DNA from: Candidatus Binatia bacterium
GTDB lineage: Bacteria; Desulfobacterota; Binatia; UBA9968; CAXXLF01
Direction: 5' to 3'
Assembly (NCBI GenBank): GCA_963664015.2
Contig: CAXXLF010000002.1
Coordinates: 1,056,001-1,120,000, forward strand
DNA length: 64,000 nucleotides
This document shows, in pieces, positions 1 to 10,194 of this stretch. How positions within the stretch are numbered: position 1 is the stretch's first letter; each line of letters starts with the position of its first letter. The notes below the pieces were generated by a model that did no database searches, was not told the origin of the DNA, and saw only the letters and a program-made list of their open reading frames with translations. Both the position numbers and the translations under genes were made by a program.

Positions 1-2976
1 CTGATCGCCGAGAGTCCTTCCCCACCGCTGGCTCGAAGTCATCTCTTGCGGCTCCTGGAGACCTCGGATCCGGCGTCTCTTAACGAACGATCCGACGAAG
101 CTCTGTCCGCTCTCTTCCACCTCCTGGGGGGAAGCGCCTTCCTGAGCGAGATCCTGGTGGGCGTGGGGGAGCCATGGCCTCGGGTCTTCCATGAACTAAT
201 CCGGATATCGGTAAAGAGAGTGGCCCAACACCTCGCCGATGTTTCCCCTCTCTTGCACACCGATCCGTCCCTAGAACAACTTGCCCGTGTAATACGCCGA
301 CACAAACAGCGGGAGAACCTTCGCATCGGCGCCAGAGATCTCTCCTTTCGGGCGCCCCCCATAGAGACTATGAACGAAATGACCTCCCTGGCCGACGCCT
401 GCTTGGAGATTGCCTATCGATACTGCCGCACGGATCTGGAAAAGGACTTCGGCAGGCTCACCGTGCCCGGAACGGATAAGGATAACGGACTCACCATCCT
501 CGGCATGGGCAAACTGGGAGGAGAGGAGTTGAATTTTAGCTCCGACATCAATCTGATCTATCTCTATGAGGATGACCAGGGGGAAAGCACAGGTGGGAAG
601 AAAGGGAAAACGGTCCCTCAGGACTTCTTCACCCGCTTGGCAGAGCGTATCACCCGTCTCATGGGAGAAGTGACCGAAGACGGGTTCGTTTTTTTGGACC
701 GACCTGCGCCCAAGGCCCCTGGGACGCAACGGCCCCCTGGTCCAATCCCTCGACTCAACTTTGCTCGACTATGAGTCTTGGGGGCAGTCGTGGGAACGCG
801 CTGCACTGATTAAAACGCGAGCTGTAGCGGGCGCCCGGGAACTCGGTAATAGGTTTATCGAGGAAGTGGCACCGTTCATCTACCGCCGTTACCTGGACTA
901 TACTACGGTCGAGGACCTTCGGGAGATGAAGATACGCATTGAGCAGGAGCTACTGGACCCCACGAGCAAAGAACGAGACCTCAAACGCGGGCCCGGGGGA
1001 ATCCGCGAGGTCGAATTTTCACTCAGGCGCTACAGCTCGTGAACGGGGGATATGGGCCCCAGATTCGCGGCCCAAACACCCTCGCATCCCTCGACCGCCT
1101 CGCCCAGTTTGGGTTCATCCCACAGGAGGAAAAATAGGATTTGAGCGAGGCCTATCTCTTTTTACGCAACGTGGAGCATAAGATCCAAATGGTTCGTGAA
1201 GCGCACACCTATTTTATGCCTAAAGCGGAAGATGAGGAGCACGCTCTGGCCCGCCGCTTAAATTACGGGATCGAATCTCAGGGCAAGGAACGCGAGTATT
1301 TCTGGGACGCCTACCATCATTTCACTAGCCAAGTACGCCACTCCTTCGAACAGCTCTTCTTTGGAGCCCAGAGGGGAATTGAGACCGAATCGAGCGGAAT
1401 GGCGGGAAAACTCTGGAACGATCTCAACCATGAGGAATTGGCCCTCGAGGAAGGAGAGAAGCTCGGCTTCGCCGACTCCGAAAGAGCCTGCCGGAGCCTT
1501 TTGGAAATACGCGAGGGAACCCCTTATTCACCCGCCAGCCCAAGGAGGCACAAGGTGATGCGTGCGCTGGGTCCTGCGCTCATGGCTGAGGTCCTACGCT
1601 TCGGGTCGCCCGACCAGACCCTGTTTCATCTGGCCGAGTTCGGCCATCGCGTAAGCGGTCGCACGGGGTTCCTTTCCCTATTGGCGGAAACCCCCAAGAC
1701 CATGCGCCTCCTGATCAGACTCTTTGCCAACAGCCGATTCCTGACCGAGCTTTTTCTCAAACGGCCCGAACTCCTCGACAACCTGATCCGGGTGGACTTG
1801 AGCCGGCTCAGGAAAACCCAGGGCGAAATGGTGAGCGAGCTCCAATCCAACCTGGAGCAAGCCCAAGACCTGGAAGCAAAGCTCAACGCCTTACGGCGTT
1901 ACCGAACGGAAGAGTTCATTCGCATCGGTCTACACGACATTGGCGAAGAGCTGGAGTTAGAGGAGGTCATCAGCCAGCTCTCCGACCTGGCTGATGCTTG
2001 CCTCCAGGGGACTGTAACTCTCGCCTACGAAGAGGTCGACAAAGGCTTAGGACCCATCACGGGGGGCCAATTTGGGATCATGGCCATGGGAGAACTCGGC
2101 GGCAGGGAAATCAACTACCACTCGGACCTCGACATCATTTTCATTTATGCCACACTGGGGAGTCTCATCAGGAAGCAAACGCCGGTCATGCCCATGAGTA
2201 CTTTGTGCGGGTGGGGCAAAAGATCATCACCTTTCATACCGCGCCGATGGAAGAAGGAGTCGTCTGCAAGATCGATATGCAGCTCCGCCCATCGGGCAAA
2301 AGCGGGGCCTTTGGTTACCTCCCTGGAAGCCCTTCGTAACTATCACGAGACCAGCGCCGACCTATGGGAACGCCAAGCACTCATCAAATCGCGGTTTGCC
2401 GTTGGCAATGAGGATCTTGGCCGTGCCGCCGAGACCGTAGCGCAGGCCACCGCCTACGGGCGAGGGCTAGAGGAGAAAGGAGTCGGTGAAATCCATCACC
2501 TGAGAATAAGGATGGAAAAGGAACTGGCTGGTGAAAGCCAGTCCAGGTTCAACCTCAAAAAAGGGAGGGGCGGCATGGCAGACATTGAATTCACCACCCA
2601 GATGCTCCAGCTTTTACATGAGCGGCGTCATCCAAGCCTACGCAAAACGGGTACCCTGGAGGCCCTGAGAGAGCTCAGGGATATCGATATCGTCCCTGAT
2701 GATGACTACCTCCTCCTGTCGGAGGGATACCGTATCCTGCGCCGACTGGACCACCGGTTGCGCCTCGAACAGGATCAGTCCCTCGACATCCTCGAACGAG
2801 AATCAACGAAACTTCAGGGGATCGCACACGCCATGGGATACAAAGCCGACGACGAGGGGCAACTCCTGCTCAAGGACTACGAACAACGCCGCGAGCAAAT
2901 CTGCTCGTGTTATAACCGGTATTTTAGTGTCGTCGACAAGGCGGAACAGATTGAACTTACGTCTGACCAAAACTAG
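1..2976 (+). pseudogene. glnE: Glutamine synthetase adenylyltransferase/deadenylylase (GlnE), disrupted; 5' end lies outside the window
   Basis: Two nucleotidyltransferase domains (GMGKLGGEELNFSSDINL; AMGELGGREINYHSDLD), WERAALIK/WERQALIK, DLKRGPGGIREVEF, NLKKGRGGMADIEF. Spread over ORFs 46-774, 761-1042 and 1141-2976, with frameshifts near 690, 1020, 2155 and 2305 and an in-frame TAG at 1135-1137. Confidence 0.9.
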
Positions 2977-3093
2977 AAACTATACAGCGACCGCTGAGGG
3001 GACGACCCCTTTGGCTGCAGCCTACAGCCTCGCGCCATTCGGAGCCACACCATTGGACGAAAGGGACTCCCGAAGACAAATTGACCGACGAGA

Positions 3094-3126
3094 ACTGAGA
3101 GCTGACGGCTGAAAGCTGATAGCTAA
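3094..3126 (+). repeat. Heptamer tandem repeat (GCTGANR-like)
   Basis: actgaga-gctgacg-gctgaaa-gctgata-gctaa between convergent genes. Confidence 0.6.
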
Positions 3127-4103
3127 GCCTTGGGCGAGCGAAGAGGGGAAGTGTCAATTCTGTACCGTTCCCGCTCGAGGTCGAGTTCGGTCTTGAGTCC
3201 AATGGAATGGAGTGCAGCATTTGCCTCGTCCAGCGTGGCACTTCCTACCAGGGCTTGCGCAGGACGGGAAAGGGTTTGGAAGACAACTGAGGGGGAAAGG
3301 AAAAAAGTCAGTGCCGTCAGTGGGGTCAACCTGACGGTTCTCTCCTCGTGACGGATCATTTTCTCCCCCCAAGCCCCCAAGGCACACTCCACGGGTATTG
3401 CACTTGCCTCCGTATTGACCCGTTTGATTACCTCCTGCATCTCCGCCACCATTTTTGGGGTGAGGGCCCAAGCTCCCAGGAATCCACCGGCCTTCGCCAC
3501 CACGCTCAATGCTTTTTCGACCTCGTCTGTGGTCAACTCACCGTCACTACCGTAGCCATAAACTCCCCACAGTGTTCGAACTCCACGTTTTTCCAATTGG
3601 GAACACGCTGCCAGCATGATCGAATCTGCAAGAGGGCTACGCAAACCTTTCTCCCCTCCCTCAGCGAGGGAATCGCCCCCAACGTCGAGGCCCACGAAAA
3701 GATCCGCTTTTAACTCCTTGAGGGCCAACTCTATCCCCTCGATCACCCCTTTGACCCCACCGTTAATATCCACAAGCAAAACATCGCGGCCAAGAAATTC
3801 TGCCATTCTAGATTCGGCAAAATAGACATCGGAGCGAGTCTTGGTCTGGGGATTCGCCAACCCCATTCTGGGGTGAATGATCTTTACATTTTCTATTTCA
3901 TCCAAGGAACGGGGACCGGGTTCGGGATCATAAACATAGCGTTCCCAGGAGAGTCCACCGAGGGTAAAGTCAACGCCGCAGAATTCGACAAACCGTGCCG
4001 TGGCCAAAGCTCCAACCACATCCCCTCCCCCGCCAACTCCAACGACCAGTGCGTGAGAAGAAGACCGGATCAGGTCTTCCAGCGATAGGTGAGACTTTTC
4101 CAT
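3123..4103 (-). CDS. DUF1152 family protein
   Basis: GVGGGGDVVG, DVGGDSLAxGxExGLRSPLAD and GxDGEL motifs. Confidence 0.8.
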   Translation of the reverse strand: MEKSHLSLEDLIRSSSHALVVGVGGGGDVVGALATARFVEFCGVDFTLGGLSWERYVYDPEPGPRSLDEIENVKIIHPRMGLANPQTKTRSDVYFAESRMAEFLGRDVLLVDINGGVKGVIEGIELALKELKADLFVGLDVGGDSLAEGGEKGLRSPLADSIMLAACSQLEKRGVRTLWGVYGYGSDGELTTDEVEKALSVVAKAGGFLGAWALTPKMVAEMQEVIKRVNTEASAIPVECALGAWGEKMIRHEERTVRLTPLTALTFFLSPSVVFQTLSRPAQALVGSATLDEANAALHSIGLKTELDLERERYRIDTSPLRSPKA

Positions 4104-4125
4104 TGGGCCTTATCGGTGAAAGGCC

Positions 4126-4578
4126 TCAGGGGTGTATCTTCTTCGTCGTCTTGTTTCCCAGAAAGGCCCCTGCTTTCGCTACTGTCGACTTTTCTGTCTG
4201 AAATGAGAGGCGCTCGATAGCCTCCGAAATGGGGACCCAGCAAGCCTCTTCAGCCTCATGGTCGTGCTGGCTCACATCCCCTCCGAGACAGCGCATCAGA
4301 TAAAAATAGACCCGTTTGGAGATTCTAATGTCTTCGTTCTCGTTATTCCTCCCCGTGAACCAATAGGAAGTTTCCCCAATTTGCGTTACGATCTTACCCT
4401 CTAAACCGGTCTCTTCCCTAACTTCCCTGAGCGCCGTATCCGGCAGTTTTTCTCCCTGCTCCACCTGGCCCTTGGGAAGGCACCAACGTCGCCCGACGCG
4501 AATCAGGACAACCTCAGTCGTACCCTCCCGCAACCGATAAACAACCCCCCCACAGGAGACTTTCTTCACCGTACGCAT
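4126..4578 (-). CDS. NUDIX hydrolase (Ap4A hydrolase-like)
   Basis: Nudix box PKGQVEQGEKLPDTALREVREETG. Confidence 0.9.
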   Translation of the reverse strand: MRTVKKVSCGGVVYRLREGTTEVVLIRVGRRWCLPKGQVEQGEKLPDTALREVREETGLEGKIVTQIGETSYWFTGRNNENEDIRISKRVYFYLMRCLGGDVSQHDHEAEEACWVPISEAIERLSFQTEKSTVAKAGAFLGNKTTKKIHP

Positions 4579-4632
4579 ATGATCTTAACTCGATCCGCCT
4601 ATGCCCAACCCTGCCACTCTCTCCTCTATTCC

Positions 4633-4962
4633 CTATTTCCCGTCAGCTGTGACTTGCTTGATCATCCAATCGAGATAACTCTGGTTACCCATCTGAATTG
4701 GCAAGGCGATAATTTCAGGAACTGTATAGCTATGGAGTTCCTCGACCTTCTTTTTAACGTCTTCGAATCGATCCGCCACCGTTTTTATAATCAGAAGCTG
4801 CTCCTCGCTACGTTCCACCTGCCCTTCCCAACGATAGGTGGAGTGAACCGGGCCCACACGGTTCACGCATGATGCAACCCGACTCTCCACCAGCGCATCG
4901 GCAATGCGCTGGCCCTCGTCCGCCGATTCTACAGTGACAAAAACAACGACATGGGCACTCAT
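4633..4962 (-). CDS. cutA: Divalent-cation tolerance protein CutA
   Basis: VASCVN, STYRWEG, HSYTVPEIIALP motifs; start moved to ATG at 4962. Confidence 0.92.
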   Translation of the reverse strand: MSAHVVVFVTVESADEGQRIADALVESRVASCVNRVGPVHSTYRWEGQVERSEEQLLIIKTVADRFEDVKKKVEELHSYTVPEIIALPIQMGNQSYLDWMIKQVTADGK

Positions 4963-5120
4963 AACCGAGATCTTGCAGCCTCCATCCCCAAACAACCAAT
5001 GTGACATACCGGACAAATTTTATCTAACGCCAAACTCCGAGTCGTTCAGAACGAGGTTGAAAGGTCGGCCAGGCTATGCTAAACGCTTAAAAATTCTCAT
5101 GAAAGCGGGCAGTAACTAAC

Positions 5121-5501
5121 GTGAAGCAAAATATTGACTTTGCCAAGGGAAAGGGTCTGATACCGGTCATCGTTCAGGACTACCGTACACGGGATGTCCT
5201 GATGCTGGCCTACATGAACCAGGAGGCCTGGATTAAAACGCAGCGGACCGGCAAGGCCCATTACTACAGCCGTTCGCGGAGAAAACTATGGCTCAAGGGC
5301 GAGGAATCGGGTCATTTCCAGGAGGTCAAAAAGACCCTGATCGATTGCGATAACGATACGCTGGTTCTTCAGGTAAGGCAGCGGGGAGAGGGAGCGTGTC
5401 ACATGGGCTACCAATCCTGTTTCTTTCGCAAGCGGGTTCCCCGCGGTTGGAAGGTCGCCGAAAAGAGACGCTTTAACCCCGAGGAGGTCTATAAGAAGTG
5501 A
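5121..5501 (+). CDS. hisI: Phosphoribosyl-AMP cyclohydrolase
   Basis: [35 protein letters not shown]. Confidence 0.96.
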   Translation: MKQNIDFAKGKGLIPVIVQDYRTRDVLMLAYMNQEAWIKTQRTGKAHYYSRSRRKLWLKGEESGHFQEVKKTLIDCDNDTLVLQVRQRGEGACHMGYQSCFFRKRVPRGWKVAEKRRFNPEEVYKK

Positions 5502-6388
5502 AAAAGCTCAAGCTCGGGATTCCCAAGGGCAGTCTACAAGAAGCTACCTGTGAGCTGTTCAAGAAGGCCGGCTGGAGAATTCGCGGAATGGACCGCAGCT
5601 ACTTCCCTTCCATCGACGACGACAACCTACGTTTAAGCCTCGTGCGAGCCCAGGAGATTTCCCGATACGTAGAGGACGCTACGTTGGACGCAGGCATTAC
5701 GGGAATGGATTGGACCCTGGAAAACTCCTCTGATGTGGAGGTTGCGGCGGAGTTCGTCTACGCGAAAGCGAGCCTCAGGCCCGTCCGTTGGGTCCTCGCC
5801 GTTCCTGAGAATTCCCCTGTCCAGAAGGCAGAGGATTTGCGAGGCAAAAAGATCGCCACGGAAATGGTGAATTTCACAAAACGATATTTCGCTGAAAAGG
5901 ACATCCCCGTCAACGTGGAATTCTCCTGGGGCGCCACTGAGGCCAAGGCCGCAGAGGGTCTAGTCGACGCCATTGTAGAGGTAACCGAGACGGGCAGCAC
6001 CATCCGCGCCCACGGGCTCAAAATCGTCAGCGATCTGCTCGAATCCAGTCCTCAGCTCATCGCCAACAAAGAGGCCTGGAAGGACCCATGGAAAAGGCAG
6101 AAGATCGAACAGATTGCCATGCTTCTGACGGGGGCCTTGGCAGCGGAGAATAAAGTTGGCATCAAGCTAAACGTGGCCGAAGCCGGCTTGGAAAAGGTCG
6201 TCAGCCTGATCCCGAGCATTACTGCCCCTACGGTCGCCCCGCTGTATCCGACGGCTGCCCTACACGGCGAGAAGTGGTTTTCCGTTGAAAGCGTTATCGC
6301 CGAGAGCGTGCTCCGCGACCTGATCCCCCAGCTCCTCCAAAACGGCGCCGTGGGCATTATTGAGTACCCCCTCAACAAGGTCCTTTGA
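5498..6388 (+). CDS. hisG: ATP phosphoribosyltransferase (long form)
   Basis: [33 protein letters not shown]-terminal regulatory domain; overlaps hisI (GTGA). Confidence 0.96.
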   Translation: MKKLKLGIPKGSLQEATCELFKKAGWRIRGMDRSYFPSIDDDNLRLSLVRAQEISRYVEDATLDAGITGMDWTLENSSDVEVAAEFVYAKASLRPVRWVLAVPENSPVQKAEDLRGKKIATEMVNFTKRYFAEKDIPVNVEFSWGATEAKAAEGLVDAIVEVTETGSTIRAHGLKIVSDLLESSPQLIANKEAWKDPWKRQKIEQIAMLLTGALAAENKVGIKLNVAEAGLEKVVSLIPSITAPTVAPLYPTAALHGEKWFSVESVIAESVLRDLIPQLLQNGAVGIIEYPLNKVL

Positions 6389-6405
6389 GACTTTACCGGA
6401 ACAAA

Positions 6406-6433
6406 AAAAAGGGAGCCCGCAGGCTCCCTTTTT
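6406..6433. terminator. Bidirectional intrinsic terminator
   Basis: aaaaagggagcc-cgca-ggctcccttttt between convergent hisG and ferredoxin genes. Confidence 0.85.
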
Positions 6434-6449
6434 AAGATCACGTTCCGTT

Positions 6450-7010
6450 TTATTCGCTAGGATTCATTAGCTCGTTCTGTTTCTCTTCCAGCTTTTCCTT
6501 GGCCATCTGATCGATCACGTAAAGACCATCGACCACTTTGAAATCCACCGGATCGTAAAAGTAGGGCGAGGCCTCGAGAGCATCGTCGTATTCGTACATC
6601 TGGATGGCGTCCCAAGGGCAAATCTTCCGATCCAACCGGTCCTCGGACTCCGTACCCACCAGCACCAGGTCGAATTTCTTCGGCATGGCATCCGCTGCCA
6701 GCGGCTTTCTCTCGCTATCATAAAATTTGTTCTCAAACTCGTAGTAGACCGTCCCCGTTTCTTTGTGCTTATGGACCTTGGTGTAATTATCGCTGTAACA
6801 CATCTGACAGCCGATGCACTTATCATTGTCCACCCAGACCCGGTAAGGCTTCAGGCCTCCCTGGGGCAGCTCCTCGTATAACAGATTGATACAGTCATCC
6901 ACCGGACAATGGACCTCACAGAGCGGGGACCCTGCACAACTGGTGCAGTTCTCGTTCATCACCGCTAGTAGTGCCGTACCTTTGCGTTTTGTTTCGGTCT
7001 CAACTGCCAT
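6450..7010 (-). CDS. 2[4Fe-4S] ferredoxin-like protein with a long insertion
   Basis: CTSCAGSPLCEVHCP and CIGCQMC...(long insert)...CPWDAI. Confidence 0.75.
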   Translation of the reverse strand: MAVETETKRKGTALLAVMNENCTSCAGSPLCEVHCPVDDCINLLYEELPQGGLKPYRVWVDNDKCIGCQMCYSDNYTKVHKHKETGTVYYEFENKFYDSERKPLAADAMPKKFDLVLVGTESEDRLDRKICPWDAIQMYEYDDALEASPYFYDPVDFKVVDGLYVIDQMAKEKLEEKQNELMNPSE

Positions 7011-7824
7011 TTGCCTTAGCCCTCATCTTTCTGAATCTAGAGTATCCAACAACCGCCAGCGCCAACAAGAGCAAGACCCAGTAACGCCATACGAGCTGCA
7101 CCTGAACCCATTCCAACCAGTAAACAAAGTTGGGGGATTGGGAAAGGAGTTTTCTCAGCGCCGCTTCGGACCCACGATAGTCCCGGGTCTTTTTTAACAC
7201 ACGAGCCAATCCGTGTAAGGCCGCTTCGTCATTTGCATCCAATTCCAGTGCTCGCTCGAAATCCTGACGAGCCTCGGGCCATTTTCTCTCTTCGAAGTGG
7301 ACCCAACCCCGATTGCTCCAGGCCTCCGCAAAGGTCTTGCGCATCACGATGGCCCGATTAAAGCTCTTTCGAGCCAGGTCTAGCTCCCCGTTCCTTTTAT
7401 AGGCCACACCAAGATTATTGTGGGCCGTCGGAGAGTCGGGAAACATTTCGACCACCCGCTTATAGGCCACCGTTGCAGCGGCAAAGTCCTTACGGACTTC
7501 CAGGTTCAACCAACCAAGAAAGGTCCAACCGTCGACGTGGCTGGGAGCTATCTCCAGGACCTTCATGGCATGCATTTCGGCTCGCGTCGGGTCTCCGAGC
7601 TTCAAGGAAGCCATCGCAAACATGAGATGAAGGTCCGGTTCCTGAGGGTACTTTTGCAGCAGCTTTTCCAAGGCCGCACTGGCTTCTGATACCTTCCCTA
7701 CGGCAAGATCATCTTTGGCCTGACGCCACGTCGGTTCTTCACGCAGCGAACCGGCCACTCCAATGGTAAACGAGATCCCAATGACAATGGAAATTGACGC
7801 AACGAGAAAGGGAAGGTGTCTCAA
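7000..7824 (-). CDS. Membrane-anchored TPR-repeat protein
   Basis: N-terminal hydrophobic segment, TPR motifs (AHNNLGVAY, AWSNRGWVH), C-terminal TM helix with basic tail. Confidence 0.85.
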   Translation of the reverse strand: MRHLPFLVASISIVIGISFTIGVAGSLREEPTWRQAKDDLAVGKVSEASAALEKLLQKYPQEPDLHLMFAMASLKLGDPTRAEMHAMKVLEIAPSHVDGWTFLGWLNLEVRKDFAAATVAYKRVVEMFPDSPTAHNNLGVAYKRNGELDLARKSFNRAIVMRKTFAEAWSNRGWVHFEERKWPEARQDFERALELDANDEAALHGLARVLKKTRDYRGSEAALRKLLSQSPNFVYWLEWVQVQLVWRYWVLLLLALAVVGYSRFRKMRAKANGS

Positions 7825-7827
7825 CTC

Positions 7828-8013
7828 TCACTCCCACATCTTGTTGATGATCTCGTCTTTCTTCCCTTCCTCGGTGAGCTTGTCATTCTGGAACCCCTGT
7901 TTTAAACCAAGCCAGGTAAAGAAAACGACCAGTAGAAGCAACCCAATAATAGGAATATTGTCAGGTTTGGTTGCGATCGCCAATAAATTTTGTAGGCCCG
8001 TCGGCTCATCCAT
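7828..8013 (-). CDS. Small single-TM membrane protein (KPDNIPI motif)
   Basis: 61 aa, upstream GAGG RBS, one hydrophobic helix, first gene of the three-gene unit. Confidence 0.7.
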   Translation of the reverse strand: MDEPTGLQNLLAIATKPDNIPIIGLLLLVVFFTWLGLKQGFQNDKLTEEGKKDEIINKMWE

Positions 8014-8348
8014 AAATCCTCACCTTTTCAAAACTGCGAGACTGATTACTCAACAAGTAATTTACCAGAAAAACTCAAAAATGACGAAATGTCAACGTTT
8101 TCCGGAGGTGTAAGAAACTTCCCTCTCCAGAGGAGCACAACCACCACCCCTCCTCCGAGCTCTTCTCCCCCCCACAATTTTTCAATCATATCAAAGTCCG
8201 TTGGCGAACGGTAACTGCACCGACCCTAGCAATGAGCGACGAGAACCGGAGAGACCTCACCCAAATCCACCTTGTAGAATTTTACCAATTATTGTGACAT
8301 AAACCGTTTCAAGTCATCCTGCTAAGTGAATCGAGGACAAAGAAATCG

Positions 8349-9464
8349 ATGAAGATAGTCACTGTGTTACTCGCGAGCCTGTTGGGAGTTTTCATCCTCC
8401 TCAGTTCTTTACCCTTGGTAGCCTGCCCCCTCGTGATCCGTGCCGGCGCCCCAAAGAAATCCCGGGTAGCCACTGGCGGCTATTGCCGGATCAATGGCGC
8501 AAACACCGGCACCGCAACACCCAGTGCTCCCGGAGTACGCAAACGGGCCTTCATTACCAACAGTGACGGAGACTCATTTTCCATCGTCGATAGAGACACC
8601 TATCAGGTCGTCAAAACCATCCCCGTCGGCGATTACCCCCACCACATGATCGTTTCGCTTGACGGGCGCCACCTGATTGTCGGGAACACTCACTCCGATA
8701 CGGCGACGATTCTCGATCTGGCAACGGAGGAGGTCGTCAAGACCGTCCCCCTACTCGATCCCTATAACTTCTACTATACCCCGGACCGGGATCTCCTGGT
8801 AACAACATGCACCCGTCTGGGCCGGGTTGAGATCTATGCGCCGGAAACGTGGAAAGAGCCGGGGCAGGCCAATGGGTGGGAGCGCCTTGCAGCAATCCCC
8901 ACGGGGAAAGACCCCAACCATTTTGCCTTCAGCCCCGACGGCCATTTCATGTATGTCAGCAACGAATACTCCCACCGTCTCTCGGTGATCGACCTCCGGG
9001 AACGCAAGCTCGTTCGCCAGGTCAGAACCAGCCGGCGGCCTGTCGATGTCTCCCTTGCCCCTGGCGGGAAGGCCATTTTCGTGGCCAACTATACGGACGG
9101 CCTCGTGACGGTTTACGACACGACGAGTTTTAAGGAGATTAAGCGGATTCACACCGGTGCGGGGGCCCATGGAATGGCCATGGCCACTGACGGCAGGACC
9201 CTTTTTGTATCCAATCGCGACGCCGCGACGGTCTCGGTTATCAAAGTAGCCTCGTACCAGATCACCCGGACATTTAAGGTCCCCCAAGGACCGGATATGC
9301 TGGAGGTGACTCCCGACGGACGTGAGCTTTGGGTAACGGGACGCTATGGGGCTAACGTATTTGTGGTCAACCTAGAGGAGGGTAAGGTCAGCCACCGGAT
9401 CAAAACCGGCGCGTCCCCCCACGGCATTGTCCTCATCGACCTGCTCGATACTCAGCTGCAATAG
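8349..9464 (+). CDS. Secreted YVTN/YncE-type beta-propeller protein
   Basis: Signal-like N-terminus; repeated G-x-x-P-H-x4-SPDG-x2-(Y/F)V(S/T)N blades. Confidence 0.85.
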   Translation: MKIVTVLLASLLGVFILLSSLPLVACPLVIRAGAPKKSRVATGGYCRINGANTGTATPSAPGVRKRAFITNSDGDSFSIVDRDTYQVVKTIPVGDYPHHMIVSLDGRHLIVGNTHSDTATILDLATEEVVKTVPLLDPYNFYYTPDRDLLVTTCTRLGRVEIYAPETWKEPGQANGWERLAAIPTGKDPNHFAFSPDGHFMYVSNEYSHRLSVIDLRERKLVRQVRTSRRPVDVSLAPGGKAIFVANYTDGLVTVYDTTSFKEIKRIHTGAGAHGMAMATDGRTLFVSNRDAATVSVIKVASYQITRTFKVPQGPDMLEVTPDGRELWVTGRYGANVFVVNLEEGKVSHRIKTGASPHGIVLIDLLDTQLQ

Positions 9465-9565
9465 AGCCGCCACAGGGTCACACCCCTTCGACTGGGAGCT
9501 CACGGCTGTCCATGGCCTTATACATAGGTGGATAAAATATTTTAGGATGATAAGGTCCGCTGAAC

Positions 9566-10168
9566 TTAATTAGGGAATCCGCGGACCAATTCGATAAGAC
9601 GGGATTTTCCACCCTGGAGAATCGGTACCCCATCACCCACCAGCAGCGTTTCGAAATCCAGTGTTAGCAATCCCCGAACGCTCTCCCGAAGCCGCGGTGG
9701 ATTGTCCATAACCTTCTCATTAAGAAAACCACACTGGCCCGGCGGATTTCCAATCACCGAATCGCCGACAATGAGCAGTTTTCTCTCCGGCCAATAAAGA
9801 GCAATTTCCCCCGGAGACTTTCCGGATGCATCAACCACCACCAAAGGACCGACCCTGTCCCCGATCGCTAGCTCTCGATCGATGACAGCTCCTTGACCCC
9901 GCGCATAGGCGGCATCGGCCGCGTGGATGACCGTTTGAGCCCCGGTCCCACTACGTACCAGGTTACTGGCACGCACGTGGTTTCGGTTGGTCAATAGGAT
10001 GGTTGCTACGCCCTGGCGGGAAACGGCCTCTAAGACCTCGGCCGACGGCTCGACAGGATCGATGCAAAGATTTCCACTCTCATGGGTCAATAGATGGCCG
10101 TTAAAGTTATAGCCGTGGGGCTGGGAGAACCAGGTCCACAGGAATATTCCACTTGTCACTTCTTCCAT
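9566..10168 (-). CDS. Metallo-beta-lactamase fold protein with degenerate metal motif
   Basis: IDP, LLTNRNHVRA in place of HxHxDH, GKSPGE, IVGD, LLVGDG. Confidence 0.7.
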   Translation of the reverse strand: MEEVTSGIFLWTWFSQPHGYNFNGHLLTHESGNLCIDPVEPSAEVLEAVSRQGVATILLTNRNHVRASNLVRSGTGAQTVIHAADAAYARGQGAVIDRELAIGDRVGPLVVVDASGKSPGEIALYWPERKLLIVGDSVIGNPPGQCGFLNEKVMDNPPRLRESVRGLLTLDFETLLVGDGVPILQGGKSRLIELVRGFPN

Positions 10169-10194
10169 TTAATAAAACTCTCCTGATGGCCTGA

